The translations under genes were made by a program, and so were the position numbers. 64,000 nucleotides of DNA from Octopus vulgaris (Eukaryota): assembly GCA_951406725.2 (NCBI GenBank), contig OX597827.1:30752001-30816000 (forward strand), in the 5' to 3' direction. Positions 25,815 through 39,276 of this stretch are shown here, piece after piece (position 1 is the stretch's first letter; the number at the start of each line of letters is the position of its first letter). The notes beneath the pieces are model-generated. The model was not told the origin of the DNA and ran no database searches. It saw only the letters and a list, made by a program, of their open reading frames with translations.

Positions 25815-26026
25815 TCTTTCTACTATAGGCATAAGGCCTGAAATTTGGGGGAGGGAACTAGTCAATCACATCAACCCCAGTGTTTCACTGGTACTTAATT
25901 TATCAACCCCAAAAGGATGAAAGACAAAGTCGACCTTGGTGGAATTTGAACCCAGAACATGAAGACAGATGAAATATTGGCAAGCATTTCGCCTGGTGTG
26001 CTAACAATTCTGCCAGCTCACTGCCA
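25815..26026 (-). mobile_element. SINE family B
   Basis: Matches 3648-3848 and sits in the same (AAT)n tract as the Dong 3' end. Confidence 0.8.
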
Positions 26027-26252
26027 AATAATAATTGGGAAGATGTTAAGATGCAAACTGATCTAATCCACTACATTATGGAAAACTGCAAGTTGATGAT
26101 AATGGTGGTAATGATAAAGAATGTCTCAAGAAAATAAACCAATGAAGAATTGGCCACATTTAGAACAATGTGGCCAACTATACAACAAAACCATGAAGAT
26201 ATTTAAACTAATGCATCTTTTTATCAATATAATGTGCCACTCGGATTTTCTT

Positions 26253-26709
26253 TTATTCTTTTATTTGTTGCAGTCATTTGACTGCAGCCATGCTGGAGCA
26301 CCACCTTTTAGCTGAAGAAATCAACCCCAGGACATATTCTTTGTAAGCCTGGCACTTATTCTAGTGGTCTCTTTTGCCTAACCACTAAGTTATGGGGATG
26401 TAAGCACACCAACATTGGTTGTCAAGCAATGGTGGGGGCACAAACACAGACATACAAATGTATACACACACACACATACATACATACATACATACATACA
26501 TACATACATACATACATACAAACATACATAAATATATATATATATATGACGCGCTTCTTTCAGTTTCTATCTACCAAATCCACTCACAAGGCTTTGGTCG
26601 CCCCAAGGCTATAGTAGAAGAGACTTGCAGAAGGTGTCACACAGTGGGACTGAACCCAGAACCATGTGGTTGGTAAGCAAGAAACTTTCCACACAGCCAC
26701 TCCTACGCC
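26253..26709 (-). mobile_element. SINE family A, full length, with internal (CATA)n
   Basis: Reverse complement matches 59231-59617. Confidence 0.88.
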
Positions 26710-27189
26710 TATGTTTATTTATTTATTTATTTATTTATTTTATTTTAAATGTTTCTGAACTAAATTTCCCTCAAATCACACTCTAGCAGCTTAAAACAAA
26801 GCAAGGGTAAACTGACTGATGTAGTCCCTAGAAACAGCATGTTAAAAAAAAATAACCTGTCAATGGAAGCTTGGTACAACCTTGCAGCTCACCTGATCCT
26901 GTCAAATTGTCTAACCCATGGCAGAATGGGAAACGGACATTAAACAATGATGATGATAGTGATGATGATGGTAATGATGATGGTGATAATGATGATGATG
27001 ATGATGGTGATGGTGATGGTAATGGTGATGATGATGATGATGACATTTTAAAAAGATTTGGAAAATTGTGGTTCTTATAGTATTCTTCAGATAGAGACCA
27101 GTAACCATTAAAACAAGAAAAGTTCCGTCCCCTTCCATCACACCACCCGTTAATTATTGTATTTCCAAACTGAAATAAAAGTAAAGTAA

Positions 27190-27720
27190 AGGTTTTACTA
27201 TTGCCTACTTCTACTGAACGAAAGAACGGAAAGTGTAGTTAAAGTATAAAAAGAAATGCTTGGGCGATTGATGGAATATCTCAAGGAAAAAAAAATATGT
27301 AGCATTTTGCAACAGGCAAATGCTAATTTGAATTTTAGAGGAATCAGTCATAAAGGTCAGGAAACCGTTTTTTATTTTTATAAATTCAAAAATCTTTTGA
27401 ATGATAAAATTAAAGACCTTGGTTGTTCTGCTCATGTTTATTGCCATGCAGTTTGACATTCTTTTGGTAAATTTCAAGTTGATATTGAATCAGTAGCTAT
27501 GAGAATTTACTTGTTTTCTATATTTTTTTTCAGTAACTCAACTGTGAAAATATAAAATTTGAAATATTTCCATATTTTTTCGTTGTCATTATTGGATACA
27601 AAAATACTATTATCACTTTCTAAAACAAGTTGGCTTTCATTTTCTAGAGTTATGAAACATGTTTCAGAAATGTATAAAAATGCTAGAATTTTTGGTTTTT
27701 TGTCTCTGTGAAAAAAAGAT
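27190..27720 (+). pseudogene. Degraded hAT-superfamily transposase fragment
   Basis: NANLNFRG...LGCSAHV (CxxH motif)...VDIES..., and in another frame SKTSWLS, resembling TRWLS. Contains stops and frameshifts. Confidence 0.6.
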
Positions 27721-27989
27721 ACCAATTTTTTGAGTCAAGCAACTTTTTCAAACATCTTTTTGCTGAGCCATGTCTTATTGATTTAAATAATTTTCCTGAA
27801 TTCATAATAAGGTTTCAAAATTTTAGAAAAAAAAAACCAAAATAAAGGCAATAACAAATACAAAGTAAAATTCCCCCAAAAGGAGGAGACCTCCGAGGGT
27901 TTACTCATGGTAACCCCACAAAACAAAAACACTGTCAACCTGAGCCCCTAATGCAAGTTACCTCTCCCATTTGAATAAAAATTATAACA

Positions 27990-28650
27990 GTTGTTTCTAA
28001 ATTTAGGGCAAGGCCAACAATTTTAAAGGGAGGGGGACTAGTTGACAACAGGTGCTTTCTTTTATTAACCTCACTGTTCAAATGGTATTTATTTCACCAA
28101 CCTTGGAAAGATGAAAAGCAAAGCCGACCTCGGCAGCATTTGAGCTTAGGATGTAAAATCAGATGAAATGCTGCTCAGCACACTATTGATTCCGCCAGCT
28201 CATTGCCTTAAAAATAATGATTTCAAATTGTGGCACAAGGCCAGCAATTTCAGGAGACAAGATAAGTCAATTACATGAACCCCAGTGTTCGACTAGGACT
28301 TATTTTATTAACTCTGAAAGGATGAAAGGCAAAGCTGACTTCCATGGAATTTGAACTCAGAATATAAAGATGCACAAAATGCTGCTAAGCAATTTGTCCA
28401 GCATCCTATCGACTCTGCCAGCTCACTGCCTATGATAATAATTCTTTGTACTGTAGGCAGAATTGTCAGCAATTTTAAGGGGTGGGGTAAGGGGCTGGTT
28501 AATTTCTTCAACCCCAGTAGCCAATGGGTACTTATTTTACTGCTCTTTGGAAGAATGAAAAGAATAGCAAAGTCAACTGTAACAGAATTTGAACTCAGAA
28601 CATAGAGACACAGAAGAATTGCTGCCGAGCAAATGATTTTGCAAGCATGC
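27990..28650 (-). mobile_element. Tandem array of three SINE family B copies
   Basis: Repeated units near 27990-28210, 28220-28430 and 28440-28640 containing aaggccagcaattt...gaatttgaactcagaa...gccagctcactgcc. Confidence 0.7.
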
Positions 28651-29341
28651 AGCTTTAATGATGATAATGATGATGAGAATGATGACGATGACAACGATAT
28701 GAAAATCTTACAGAGCGCCTGATCTCAAATGCAAACTTTAATTACAGAAGATATGAATAAATAAAGAAATAATATTCAGAAATAAATCCAGTCATTCATG
28801 TTCTGAAAATGCTGCAGTAATTCCTACATTGGTAACAGGTTTAGAGGAGATATTGGTAACTGGATTTGTGAAAGAGGGACAGGAGAGCTAGCAATAATAT
28901 ATTTTGCAAGATGGTCTTAAGATATACAAGATGACATGTGATCAGGGAGCAGGAGTTCAGTCAAGGTTCAGACAGAGTTTAATTATATTTATTTAATTAA
29001 TATCAGAAGCGAGTTGAAGCAGAAGTAATTTTATTGATGTTGTTATAAATATTGTTATAGTTCTGGTTAATAATTATAAGGAAGATTCTAAATGTGAATA
29101 CATTAACTGAAATTGTAAGTCACACTTAGACACACACACACATGTACACACAACTTTACATATATACATACAAATACACACATAAATACATTTGTGTATA
29201 TTCTATATATATATATATATTTACACACGTACCTTACCACACACACACACATATGTAAAGAGAAAGAGAGAGACCTCTCTCTCTCTCTCTCTTTATATAT
29301 ATATATATATATAAAGAGAAAGAGAGAGACCTCTCTCTCTC

Positions 29342-29417
<76 letters not shown>

Positions 29418-29501
29418 AAGGGTGGAAAGGAACACACGAGTTGATATATATGAAAAAACAAGTCAAAAATAGAAAATGCTAAGATAATTTTATAGTGAAT
29501 C

Positions 29502-29545
29502 TTTCAGTACCGGTTTCGGTCATTTTGAGACCTTTTCAACTGAAA
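29502..29545 (-). ncRNA. Minimal type-I hammerhead ribozyme (Penelope-type)
   Basis: The minus strand reads TTTCAG-TTGAAAA-GGTC TCAAAAT GACC-GAAA-CCGG-TA-CTGAAA. This gives a 6-bp stem I, a U3/A8 core variant, a 4-bp stem II, a palindromic ACCGGT stem III and a GUA cleavage triplet. Confidence 0.75.
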
Positions 29546-29793
29546 CGATTAAATAATTAAATTTAGAAAAATTAGAACAAAAGTTTTTTTAAAAGAATAT
29601 TCCTATAGTAGTGTTCAGATATAAGTAGCATTCTGCCTTTCTCTGACTCCCTTGTTTGCACGACCTCGAACACACAAGTGCAAACAAGGGAGTCAGAGAA
29701 AGGCAGAATGCTACTTATATCTGAACACTACTACAGAAATATTCTTTTAAAAAAACTTTTCTTCTAATTTTTCTAAATTTAATTATTTAATCG

Positions 29794-29836
29794 TTACAGT
29801 TGAAAAGGTCTCAAAATGACCGAAACCGTACTGAAA
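29794..29836 (+). ncRNA. Mirror copy of the hammerhead motif with a 1-nt deletion in stem III
   Basis: Reads TTACAG-TTGAAAA-GGTC TCAAAAT GACC-GAAA-CCG-TA-CTGAAA. Confidence 0.6.
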
Positions 29837-29880
29837 GATTCACTATAAAATTATCTTAGCATTTTCTATTTTTGACTTGT

Positions 29881-29951
<71 letters not shown>

Positions 29952-31059
29952 TATATATATACATATATATATATACATATATATATACACACACACACAT
30001 ACACACTTGTACTTGTGTGTGTATGTATATATCTATCTATCTATCTATCTATCTCTCTCTATATATATATGTTTGTGTGTGTGTATATGCATGTGTGTGT
30101 ATGTATATATATAAATAAAGAGAGAGATGTTTCTCTCTTTCTCTTTATATATGTGGGGGAGGGCAGGGTACATGTGTGTAAACACATTTATATAGGCAAC
30201 CCTACTGTGATAGGGGCATTGCATGTTTAACAATTTTATTGCAATGTAGAGTTCTGTAACGCAGGATGTATTCTTCCCATTGGTTTCTATGTTTATTGAC
30301 TTCCATGTAATATGAAAGAATTTACCAATATTTTGACCCAGAAAAGAAAAGAGTCGACTAAGTTAAAAATGATGTCCAGAGGGTAGTGTATTTCACAATG
30401 ACTCTCTTACAATTCTATCAGGTGTATTGAATGTCCAAGGTAGGGAAGTTATATATTGCCTCTCAACACCTGGTATAAAGCCACCTCCCTCAACACAGCA
30501 CTCCCACTTAGTTGAGAAGATATTTTCTTTGTGGGACAAGATATTTGGTGACCCCACTAGCACTGGTGTTATATCCATTTACAGAAACCATGCCAAAATA
30601 GACATTGGAGCTTCACACACTCTTCTGGCTTGTCAGATCCTGCTAAAGCATCCAATCCATGCCAGCATGGAAGATGGATATTAAATGATGATGATGATAG
30701 TGGGGAATTGATCCTTGGTTTCTCGTGGCAGGGAATTGAACCTTTCACTCTTGGTCAGATGCTGCTTTATCTTTTACTTATTTCAGTTATTGGACTACGG
30801 CCATGCTGGGGCAGCACCTTTTAGGTGAACAAATTGCCCTTTGTATTTATTCTTAAGTTTGGTACTTATTCTATTGATCTCTTTTGCCAAACTGCTAAGT
30901 TACAGGAACATAAACAAATCAACACTATTAATGAGGGGATGAGCACAAAGTCACACACACACACACACGATGTACTTCTATGTAGTTTCCATTTATGAAA
31001 ATTTACCCACAAGGCATTAGCCAGCCTGAACTATGGTAGAAGATGCCCAAGGTGCTCTA

Positions 31060-31239
31060 CCAGTTTAAATGCTAAAGAATTGGTGTGATCTAAATTAGAA
31101 ATCTTGCATCAAAATTTCTTGTTATTTCATATTCCAGATACCAGCTTGAGAGAGAGAAAAGTCATTTTAATAAATTCTTCATTATTTCCAAAACTAATGA
31201 TAGTGAATTTCAATGAAAATATGGTAACAAAATGGTTAA
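31060..31239. mobile_element. Degenerate piggyBac-type MITE end
   Basis: Ends ATGGTAACAAAATGGTTAA, like the GGTAACGAAAGGGTTAA terminus at 401-417. A similar end lies at 36190-36341. Confidence 0.5.
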
Positions 31240-32334
31240 ACATATTTGATGTTTGGATAAGAACAAAAATCCACATCAAAATATAATTTACATACATATG
31301 CATCTGACATGTTAACACATACATACATTATTCATTTTAGTTCTGTCAGGTCCTTAAAGTAATTTTGCTATTTAAAGAAAAAGGAAAGTAAAATGGAAAA
31401 CCCAGCTAAAGGAAATAAGATAGACTCCTTGTATGTACACCTAGATGTGTATGTTTGAAAGTTAAGTGAAGAACAAGAAATTGGCAGCTATTGGGAATGG
31501 AGACATCAGGTGTTGCTGGCAAGAGGCGACTCGAGTAGTGTGATTATGTGATGAGAAGAGATAGTGGGAACTAGGTGAAGAGGTGTTGTCAGCTGGTCAT
31601 AAATGGCAGCAATTAGAATTAGAAAATTAGACCAAGAAAGAAAATTTAAAAATCCAACAAAAATATAAGAAAAAAAGTGGATTAATGCTGACATAAATGA
31701 TTTAGAATAAACTAAACAGAAAGAATAAACTATAGGAGGAGGGTGGGAGAGTAAGGTTTATTTCAATATAATAAAACATGAGGGAGTGAGTAGCTAAAAA
31801 GGTAAGGTGGGGTTTTTTGTTTTGTTTTATTTTTAATTGGTTCTCACAGTAAATAATGGCTTCCTAATTTGCGTATAAGTAAAGCCATTTAATTCTATCT
31901 GCCTAAGTGATGAAATTAGGGTGATGTAGTACCGTCTATAGTGCAGAATAGCAGAACAAATAAGTGGTCAAGTGTTTCAAAAACTGACAAAATGACATAT
32001 AGTAAGATGGGTTTTTTGTTATTTTTTATGTTTTTTTTATCAGCATCCTAATGTTGATATTATGAGCATCACAGTCTCTCAGAGATGATGATGACGATGA
32101 TGATGATGATGATGATGAGATGATGATGATGATGATGATGATGATATGTGAGTGTATGCATGAAGTGCAAGCATGGCTGTGTACTAAGAAGTTTGCTTCC
32201 CAGCCACATGGTTCTGGGTTCATTCCCATTACATGTCACCTTGGGCAAATGCCTTCTACTATAACCCCAGGCAGGCCAAAGTCTTGTGAGTGGATTTGGT
32301 AGATGGGAACTGCAAGAAGTAACACCATCATCAT

Positions 32335-32745
32335 TTAACATTCATTGTCCATGCTGGCATGGGTTGGACGGTTTGGCTGGAGCTGGAAGGCTGCACCAGA
32401 CTCCAGTCTGATTTGGCATGGTTTTCTATGGCTGGTTGCCCTTCTTAATGCCAACTACTTTGAGAGTGTCATGGGTACTTTTACGTGCCACCAGCACAGG
32501 TGCTATTTGCATGACACCAGTATCTGCCACGACTGCAGTTCTGCTCGAACTGATGGGTCTTCTTCTCAAGCATGACATAGTACCAAAGGTCTTGGTCATT
32601 GCCTCTGTGAAACCCAACGCTCAAAAGGAACTCAGCCACTTTTCCTCCATGAGGTCCAATGCTTGAAAGGTGCCCTTTATGTTCCACTGAGACGAGTGCC
32701 AATTATGTGACACCAGCATCAGCCATGACTACGATTTCATGGGTA
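32335..32745 (-). mobile_element. RTE LINE 3' end / 3'UTR
   Basis: Reverse complement of 586-892 plus the RTE terminus. Confidence 0.8.
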
Positions 32746-33084
32746 TTCTCAAATATATATATATGCATGTGTGTGTGTGTGCTTGCCCATACATCTATAT
32801 AAGAATGTGTACACACACACAGACACGAATGGTGAACTGTCACGTAGTTTGTGTCTATCAAATATTCTTTGCAAAACTTTAGTAAATCTGGTGGCAGATT
32901 AAAAGACATTTGTCAGGTCATGTGAAATAGAATCAAACAGAGAACCTTGTAGTTTGAGAAACAAATTTCTTATAACTACACAGCCCTGTCTTCACAAATT
33001 ATATTTTAGTTTAAAAAAAAAAGCAGAAAATATAACTAATGGAATTTATTGCTTTGTTTAGCCCATCTTTATGGTTGACGACTA

Positions 33085-33490
33085 TAACATCAATCATGGG
33101 TCTGAAGGATTTAAGATGAATGCGTTTGAGAGTGACTGACAAATCCAGTATGTATATGAAGTGTCTTGTAGCAGGTTGGTCAGATATGGTGGAACTCCAT
33201 GCCAATGATCTGGTCCATGTTGGACTCTCTCAATTCTCTTTGAAGTTTACTTTTTCTGATTTAAAGGTACATCAGGAGTAGCTGTGGAGAATCTTGGAGA
33301 GCATAGAAGTTTTGAAGGGTGTGGTGTTCTGACAGCTAACAACTGATGTGAGTAGTTTATTCCATGCTTTGACAATTTTTAATGTGAAAAAAATATTTCC
33401 AAAAGTCATGGGTGATGTGCTGCTTTCTTTGGTTTTATTAGCACGTCTATGAGTGGTAGAGATATTGAATTCAAAAATGTGGCCAAAGGT
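33085..33490 (-). mobile_element. CR1-type LINE 3' fragment
   Basis: The minus strand reads HDFWKYFFTLKIVKAWNKLLTSVVSCQNTTPFKTSM, the FF...V..WN.LP..VV.....FK C-terminus of CR1 ORF2. Confidence 0.7.
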
Positions 33491-34824
33491 TGTTGTTGGA
33501 AAGATGATGGATAGTCACATGTGCCGCTACCATATCTGCCGCTAGATGTGGAATTTATAAGTCTTGAGATGGGGAAAATGTTGTGATGCCACAAGTTGTT
33601 ACCATAGAGTAATAACTGGAGCAGATACAGAAAAAAAAGAGGTATTGGGATGGGTATGCTGGGGGGAGAGAGAGAGAGAGAGAGAGAGAGAGTATGGAAT
33701 GGGTGTGAATTTGTTTGATGAAAGTCCATCATCGCAGCATGGGTAGGGGCAGGAGAAAGAAGAAATAATAATGATTATTATAATTATTGCTGTTATTGTT
33801 GGCGGCGGCAGTGGTGGTGGTGGTGGTGAAAAATAATTTATGTAATGAAGAAATGTTTTGATTTAAATTATCTCCTAATTTAGACTTAGAAGTCTGATCT
33901 GGGAGGTGAACTACTGGAAAATTGAATATATACTATTTTTTGTTTGATTTTTTTTTTCTTTTATTTCAATATCAATCAAATGATTAGATTTGATTAAAAA
34001 TACCTACTTTATTTTTTAAATATTTTTTTCCCTTTTTTTAGTCCTTTGTTTGTTTGTTTGCCTTTTCCCTTTTCATGGCAGTGTTTTTTGTTGTGTTTTT
34101 TTTACCTCTTCTGGTGCCAAATCACATTTCAACCAACTTATCATTTTCAAAACCATCTTATTTCATATTACACCAGATCTTGTTCCAGTCTAAGCAATTG
34201 TATTACTTATTGACTAATTCCTCAAGACTACTACAAAATATTTTTCTCATGTGAAAAGGATTCCGTTTAAATTGAATGACGAGAAAAATTTCAGAAACAT
34301 TAGAAGATATTGATTGATCGTTATAGAGAGGACTATTCAATAACAACCTGCATCAAATATGAATAATTATCAATTAAGAATAATAGACGAAGAAGATGAG
34401 ACATTTAATCAAATGTTAGATTAGGTTGCTTCAACTTTACGAGGCAGGAATTAAATGCACATACATGTATGTGTGTCTGTTTGTGTGTGTGTATATATAT
34501 GTATGTGTGTGTGTGTATGTGTGTGTGTGTGTGTAAATATATGTGTGTGTGTATGTAAATATATATCTATATTCTATATATATATACAGAGAGAGAAATA
34601 GATAGAAAGATAGATAGATAGCTATAGATATATATACACACACAAGCATAAACACATATACACAGTGTGAACATATAGCAATATGAGCATGACAAATAAT
34701 CTGCAAGTGTAGAAAAAAGAAAATGTTTAATTTAATATTTTAAGATAATGATGACAGAAAAATCAGCAGCAGTTCTGTTGGAAATATTATTAAGTTTTTA
34801 TATCCTAAAACCGATGAATGATAT

Positions 34825-34869
<45 letters not shown>

Positions 34870-35944
34870 CTTTTTAATGGTGAGACTTGAAGCAGAAAAA
34901 GCTTTGAGACTCACCATTATTTCTTGAAGTTTCTAAATCATTTTGATGTGAAGAACAACACACACACATGCAGATATACATAATATTCTTATACTTGTTT
35001 TACTCATTGGATAGCAGCCATGCTGGGACACCACTCAGAAGGTTTTCTTAAATTTTTTTGCGAAGATCAGATTAGCTCCAGTATTTATTTGAATTCTAGT
35101 TCTTATTCCATCAGTCTCCATGTCGTCATACTGCTAAGGTATGAGGATGTAAACGAACCTACACTGGCTGTCAAGCAGTAAAAGACAAACAAACACACAC
35201 ACAGATTCTTCACAGTTTCTGACAACCAAATCCACTCGAAAGATATTAGTTGCTCTAGGCAGAAATTCATGCCTAAGATGCCAAGCTGTGGGATTGAACC
35301 TGAAACCATGCATGCCCTTCTGTCTGTCTGTCTTTCTATCTATCTAATTAAATCATTATCATTATCACCACCACTGCCTTTCATTCTTTCGGGGTCAATA
35401 AAATAAGTACCAATCAAGTACTAGGGTCAACGTAATTGACTTCTCTTCCCCTCAAAAACTGCTGGCTCTGTGCCAACATTTGAAACCATTACTATTATTA
35501 TTACAATTACTATTATTGTTGTTGTTGTTATTGTTGTTGTTATTACTATTATTATTATTATCATTATTATTGTTATTATTATTACATAGTGAAGGCGGAG
35601 GTATTGTTTTCAGTTGTGTTTGTTTGTTTGTATGTCCGTGGACAAGATATCTCAAGAACTGCTGGATGGATTCAGATGAAACTTTGAAGGATGTTTGGCT
35701 GGCACAAACTGATTAGATTTTGGGATTGATTTGGTACTGGGCAAGGATTCTGAATTATTGTTCTTGTTTTTTACTTAATTTTTGAGAGCAATAGGGTTCA
35801 TTTTCAGTATTCTTGTTTGTGAGAGCAGTCAAGTTTATTTCATCTCTGGCTAATCGTTGAGAGGATGTTGGTATTACCTTGGCAGAGGTTTGCGCTCTCT
35901 GAATGCTCTTGTTGTTGTTGTTGTTGTTGTTCTTGTTCTTCTTC

Positions 35945-35977
<33 letters not shown>

Positions 35978-36871
35978 AGGCGGTGACCTGGCAGAATGGT
36001 CAGCATGCCAGGCAAAATGCTTAGTAGCATTTTGCTTGTTGCTACGTTCTGAGTTCAAATTCTGCAGAGGTCAACTTTGCCTTTCATCCTTTTGGAGTCA
36101 ATGAATTAAAGTACCAGTCAAGTACTGAGGTCGATGCAATCAACTATCCGCCACCCCACAAATTCCAGGTATTATTATTATTATTACTACTACTCCTATG
36201 TCAGTTTCTAAGTTATCTAGATTTAAAACTTAACATCAAATTTTCATTTATGTCCCAAACATCACATTCTTTGTAATTTTTCAAAATTGATTGAAACCAA
36301 ATCAGTGTATTTCAACAAAAATATAATAACAAAAAGGTTAATGATGCCTGTTGCTCTAATCAAACTTTATCAATTAATCATTATAATGAACTTCAAACTT
36401 TTGCAATAGGAATCCCATCCATATTCCATGTTTTATAATATTCTTCTTGCAATTTAGAGTTTGCCCATGTATTATAACAGAGTGTTACATCTCTTTTACA
36501 TTTCTTCTATTATCATCTTCCTCCTTTTCCTCATCCTCATCAGTATTGTTCTAAGGTTTACTTTTCCATGCTTCCATGTGTTGGATGGAGTTTATCAAGG
36601 TAGATTTTCTAAGGCTGAATGCCCTTCCTGTCACCTACCCTTACCTGTTTCCAAGCAAGATAATATTTCCTCAGGGCTTGATATGCTTTTTTCAGAATGT
36701 TGACACCACTTGTATGACAGTGATACTCATTAGCAATCACCAAGCAATGTCAAGACACACAAACATATACATACATACATACAGAAATAATTAAGATTCA
36801 GTTGAATTAGGTACTTAAGTTGAAGCACCAAGTCAGTCCAGTATTATCCGCACAGCTTTTGTTTATGCATT

Positions 36872-37238
36872 CTCTTCTTCTTAATCCTTTTTGCCCCTTG
36901 TGGAGTATAGGGCCTCAACAGTTGTTTTCTACTTTTTGCGGTCATTGGTGTGTTTCTTGGCTGCTTCCCATGTCAGGCTGGCAGTCCTGAGCTCGTCCAA
37001 AATGCTCCACTTCCATGTCTGCTTTGGGCATCCTCACTTCCTTTTCCCCTGCGGGTTCCAGTCAAGTGCATGTCATGTAACATTTGAGGGTTCTTTCCTC
37101 AGTGTGTATCCGATCCATCTCCATTTCCTTCATCTAATCTGAACATGTATGGGCTCCTGGTTGGCCCTTTCCCACAGGTCAGTGTTTGGCACTCTGTCGA
37201 ACCACTTCAGATGGAGGATCTGTTAGAGACATTTGTTT
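36872..37238 (-). mobile_element. RTE-clade LINE C-terminal fragment (different family)
   Basis: The minus strand reads QILHLKWFDRVPNTDLWER...RKWRWIGYTLRK...ALDWNPQGKRK.GCPKQTW, with stops. Confidence 0.85.
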
Positions 37239-37274
37239 ATACATACATATAAATCAATAAATATGACTCAAAAG

Positions 37275-37684
37275 AGATTTTAAGAAGAATGTTGAGGTTG
37301 AGAAGGTGAATCTCAGCGACCTTCTTCGGTGCACATTTTGTGACAGACCATGCCTTTCTTTTGCTGGGCTCAAATCTCATTTGTGGATCCATGTAAAATG
37401 AATCTCCACCAACTATTCTGCTTATATGTCTGTGCACACCTTTCAATGTCGTGTATGCCACGAGGTCTGCAAATCTAATGGAGGCCTCAAAAGATATTTT
37501 AAGATCCACAAAGATCAGAACTTAGCTGCAGCTCTTGGTGGTCCAAATCAGATATGCAATCTATGAGGGTGTCTTTTAAAATAGATTGTCTGGTTTAAAA
37601 AGCCACACAAGATGCCATGATGGATCTAAGGCGTAGGTAGAAGAGGTGGTCAGACTCTGCATAAGGAGCAGACAACCACCATAT
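37275..37684 (+). mobile_element. RTE/BovB-like LINE 3' end with decayed C2H2 zinc fingers
   Basis: Finger-like segments CTFCDRPCLSFAGLKSHLWIH, CRVCHEVCKSNGGLKRYFKIH and ICNL*...SGLKSHTRCH, then a short tail ending ACAACCACC-ATATA. Confidence 0.65.
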
Positions 37685-37749
37685 ATATGTACAGAGCTGA
37701 ATCCTATGTGGTTCAATTGTCATGTGTCAAGTGTATTTAATCATAGCTA

Positions 37750-38112
37750 TCTTTTATCTTTTACTTGTTTCAGTCATTAGGCTTTGGCCATGCTGGAGCA
37801 CTGCCTTGAACTTTTAGTTGAGGGAATTGACCCCAGTACTTATTTTTTTCAAAGCCAGGCACTTATTTTATCAGTCCCTTTTTCCAAATCACTAGGTTAT
37901 GGGGATGTAAACACACCAACACCAGTTGTCATGTAGTAGTGGGGACAAACACACTCACACAAACACACACACATAAGATGGGCTTCTTTCAGTTTCTGTT
38001 TACCAAATCCACTCACAAGGCTTTTGTAGGCCCAAGGTTATAGTAGAAGACACTTGCCCAAGATGCCATGCAGTGAGACTGAACCCAGAATCCTGTGATT
38101 GGGAAGCAACCA
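37750..38112 (-). mobile_element. SINE family A, near full length
   Basis: Reverse complement matches 59231-59617. Confidence 0.85.
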
Positions 38113-39242
38113 TATAGATGTATGTACACAAAGGGCTTCTTACAGTTTTCATCTACAAGGATTTGTTCAACATGGGGCTATATCACACTGCACTCGACTA
38201 AAGTGCCACACAGTGGGACTGAACCCCAAGACTACATATTTGGAAAGCAAACATCTGCCTGTCCTGATATTGATAAGTCATTTATGATTCAAAGTTTGGC
38301 ATAAAATGGAATTACCATTATGTAATTTTTCAGTACTTAGAGTGGCTACATAAATTCTTTATTAGCTGTTTGTTATTGCATTTTAACACACCATCCTTTC
38401 TGCATAAAAGCCTCTCCATGTTGCTTCTTTAAAATCAGCTGATATTTAGAATTCATCTCGAATGTTTAACCAGGGCCATAAACACACACACACACACACA
38501 CACACAGAGACATACACATGTAGGTTTTTATTAATCTAGTTTACTCATATTTTGATAAAAGGTCATGTTGGTAAATGTTACTTATCTTCAAAAACAAAAA
38601 AATAAAAAAAAGAGAAAATAAAAATAAAAATTGTTAGACTATTCCCTATCTTAATACAAAAACATCTGACTGAAGAATCTCTCCAGTAGGTACCGACAGT
38701 ACAATCTTCCATGACCTTTCCTAAAAAATCACAACGATTCCTCAAAACAGCCAAACTAATCTTGAAACAAATTAAGGAAGTTCTTAATGGTCTTAATCGG
38801 CATTAATTCTAGTAAAAACTGCATTAACTCTAGTAAAAAAAAGAAAATGATGTAATCTAACTATGAGATACTAGTTTTCAAAGCTGTAGGAGTGGTAGAC
38901 TAGCTCTATATCCATCCCAATAGATTAGAATATATATATATATATTCTAATCTATTGGGATTGACAGGGGGTTTTGTCTTGCAGGTACAGGGTGACCCTG
39001 TCGGTGCTGGTACCATGTAAAAAGCACTGGTGTGGGTACCATATAAAAAACACTGGTGCTGGAGCCATGAAAGAAGCATTGGTGATGATACCACATAAAA
39101 ACAACCCAGTAACTTTGTAAAGAAGCTGGTATGAGGAAGGGTATCCAGCTGTAGAAAGCATCTCAAAGCAGACAATGGAACTTGATGTGGCTCCTGTCAC
39201 ACTGCCCACCTCATGCCAGCATGGAAAATAGATGTTAAATGA

Positions 39243-39276
<34 letters not shown>

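Larger units (their letters stand above)
29453..29885. repeat. Long inverted repeat (~209-bp arms, 16-nt spacer), probable Penelope-like inverted pseudo-LTR
   Basis: Arms 29453-29661 and 29678-29885 are reverse complements with about five differences. The structure lies between (TA)n tracts and each arm carries a hammerhead motif. Confidence 0.95.

Noticed and set aside
38665-38712. CTGAAGA...GACAGTAC hammerhead-like string
   Set aside because: GAAA is absent and stems I and II do not register.
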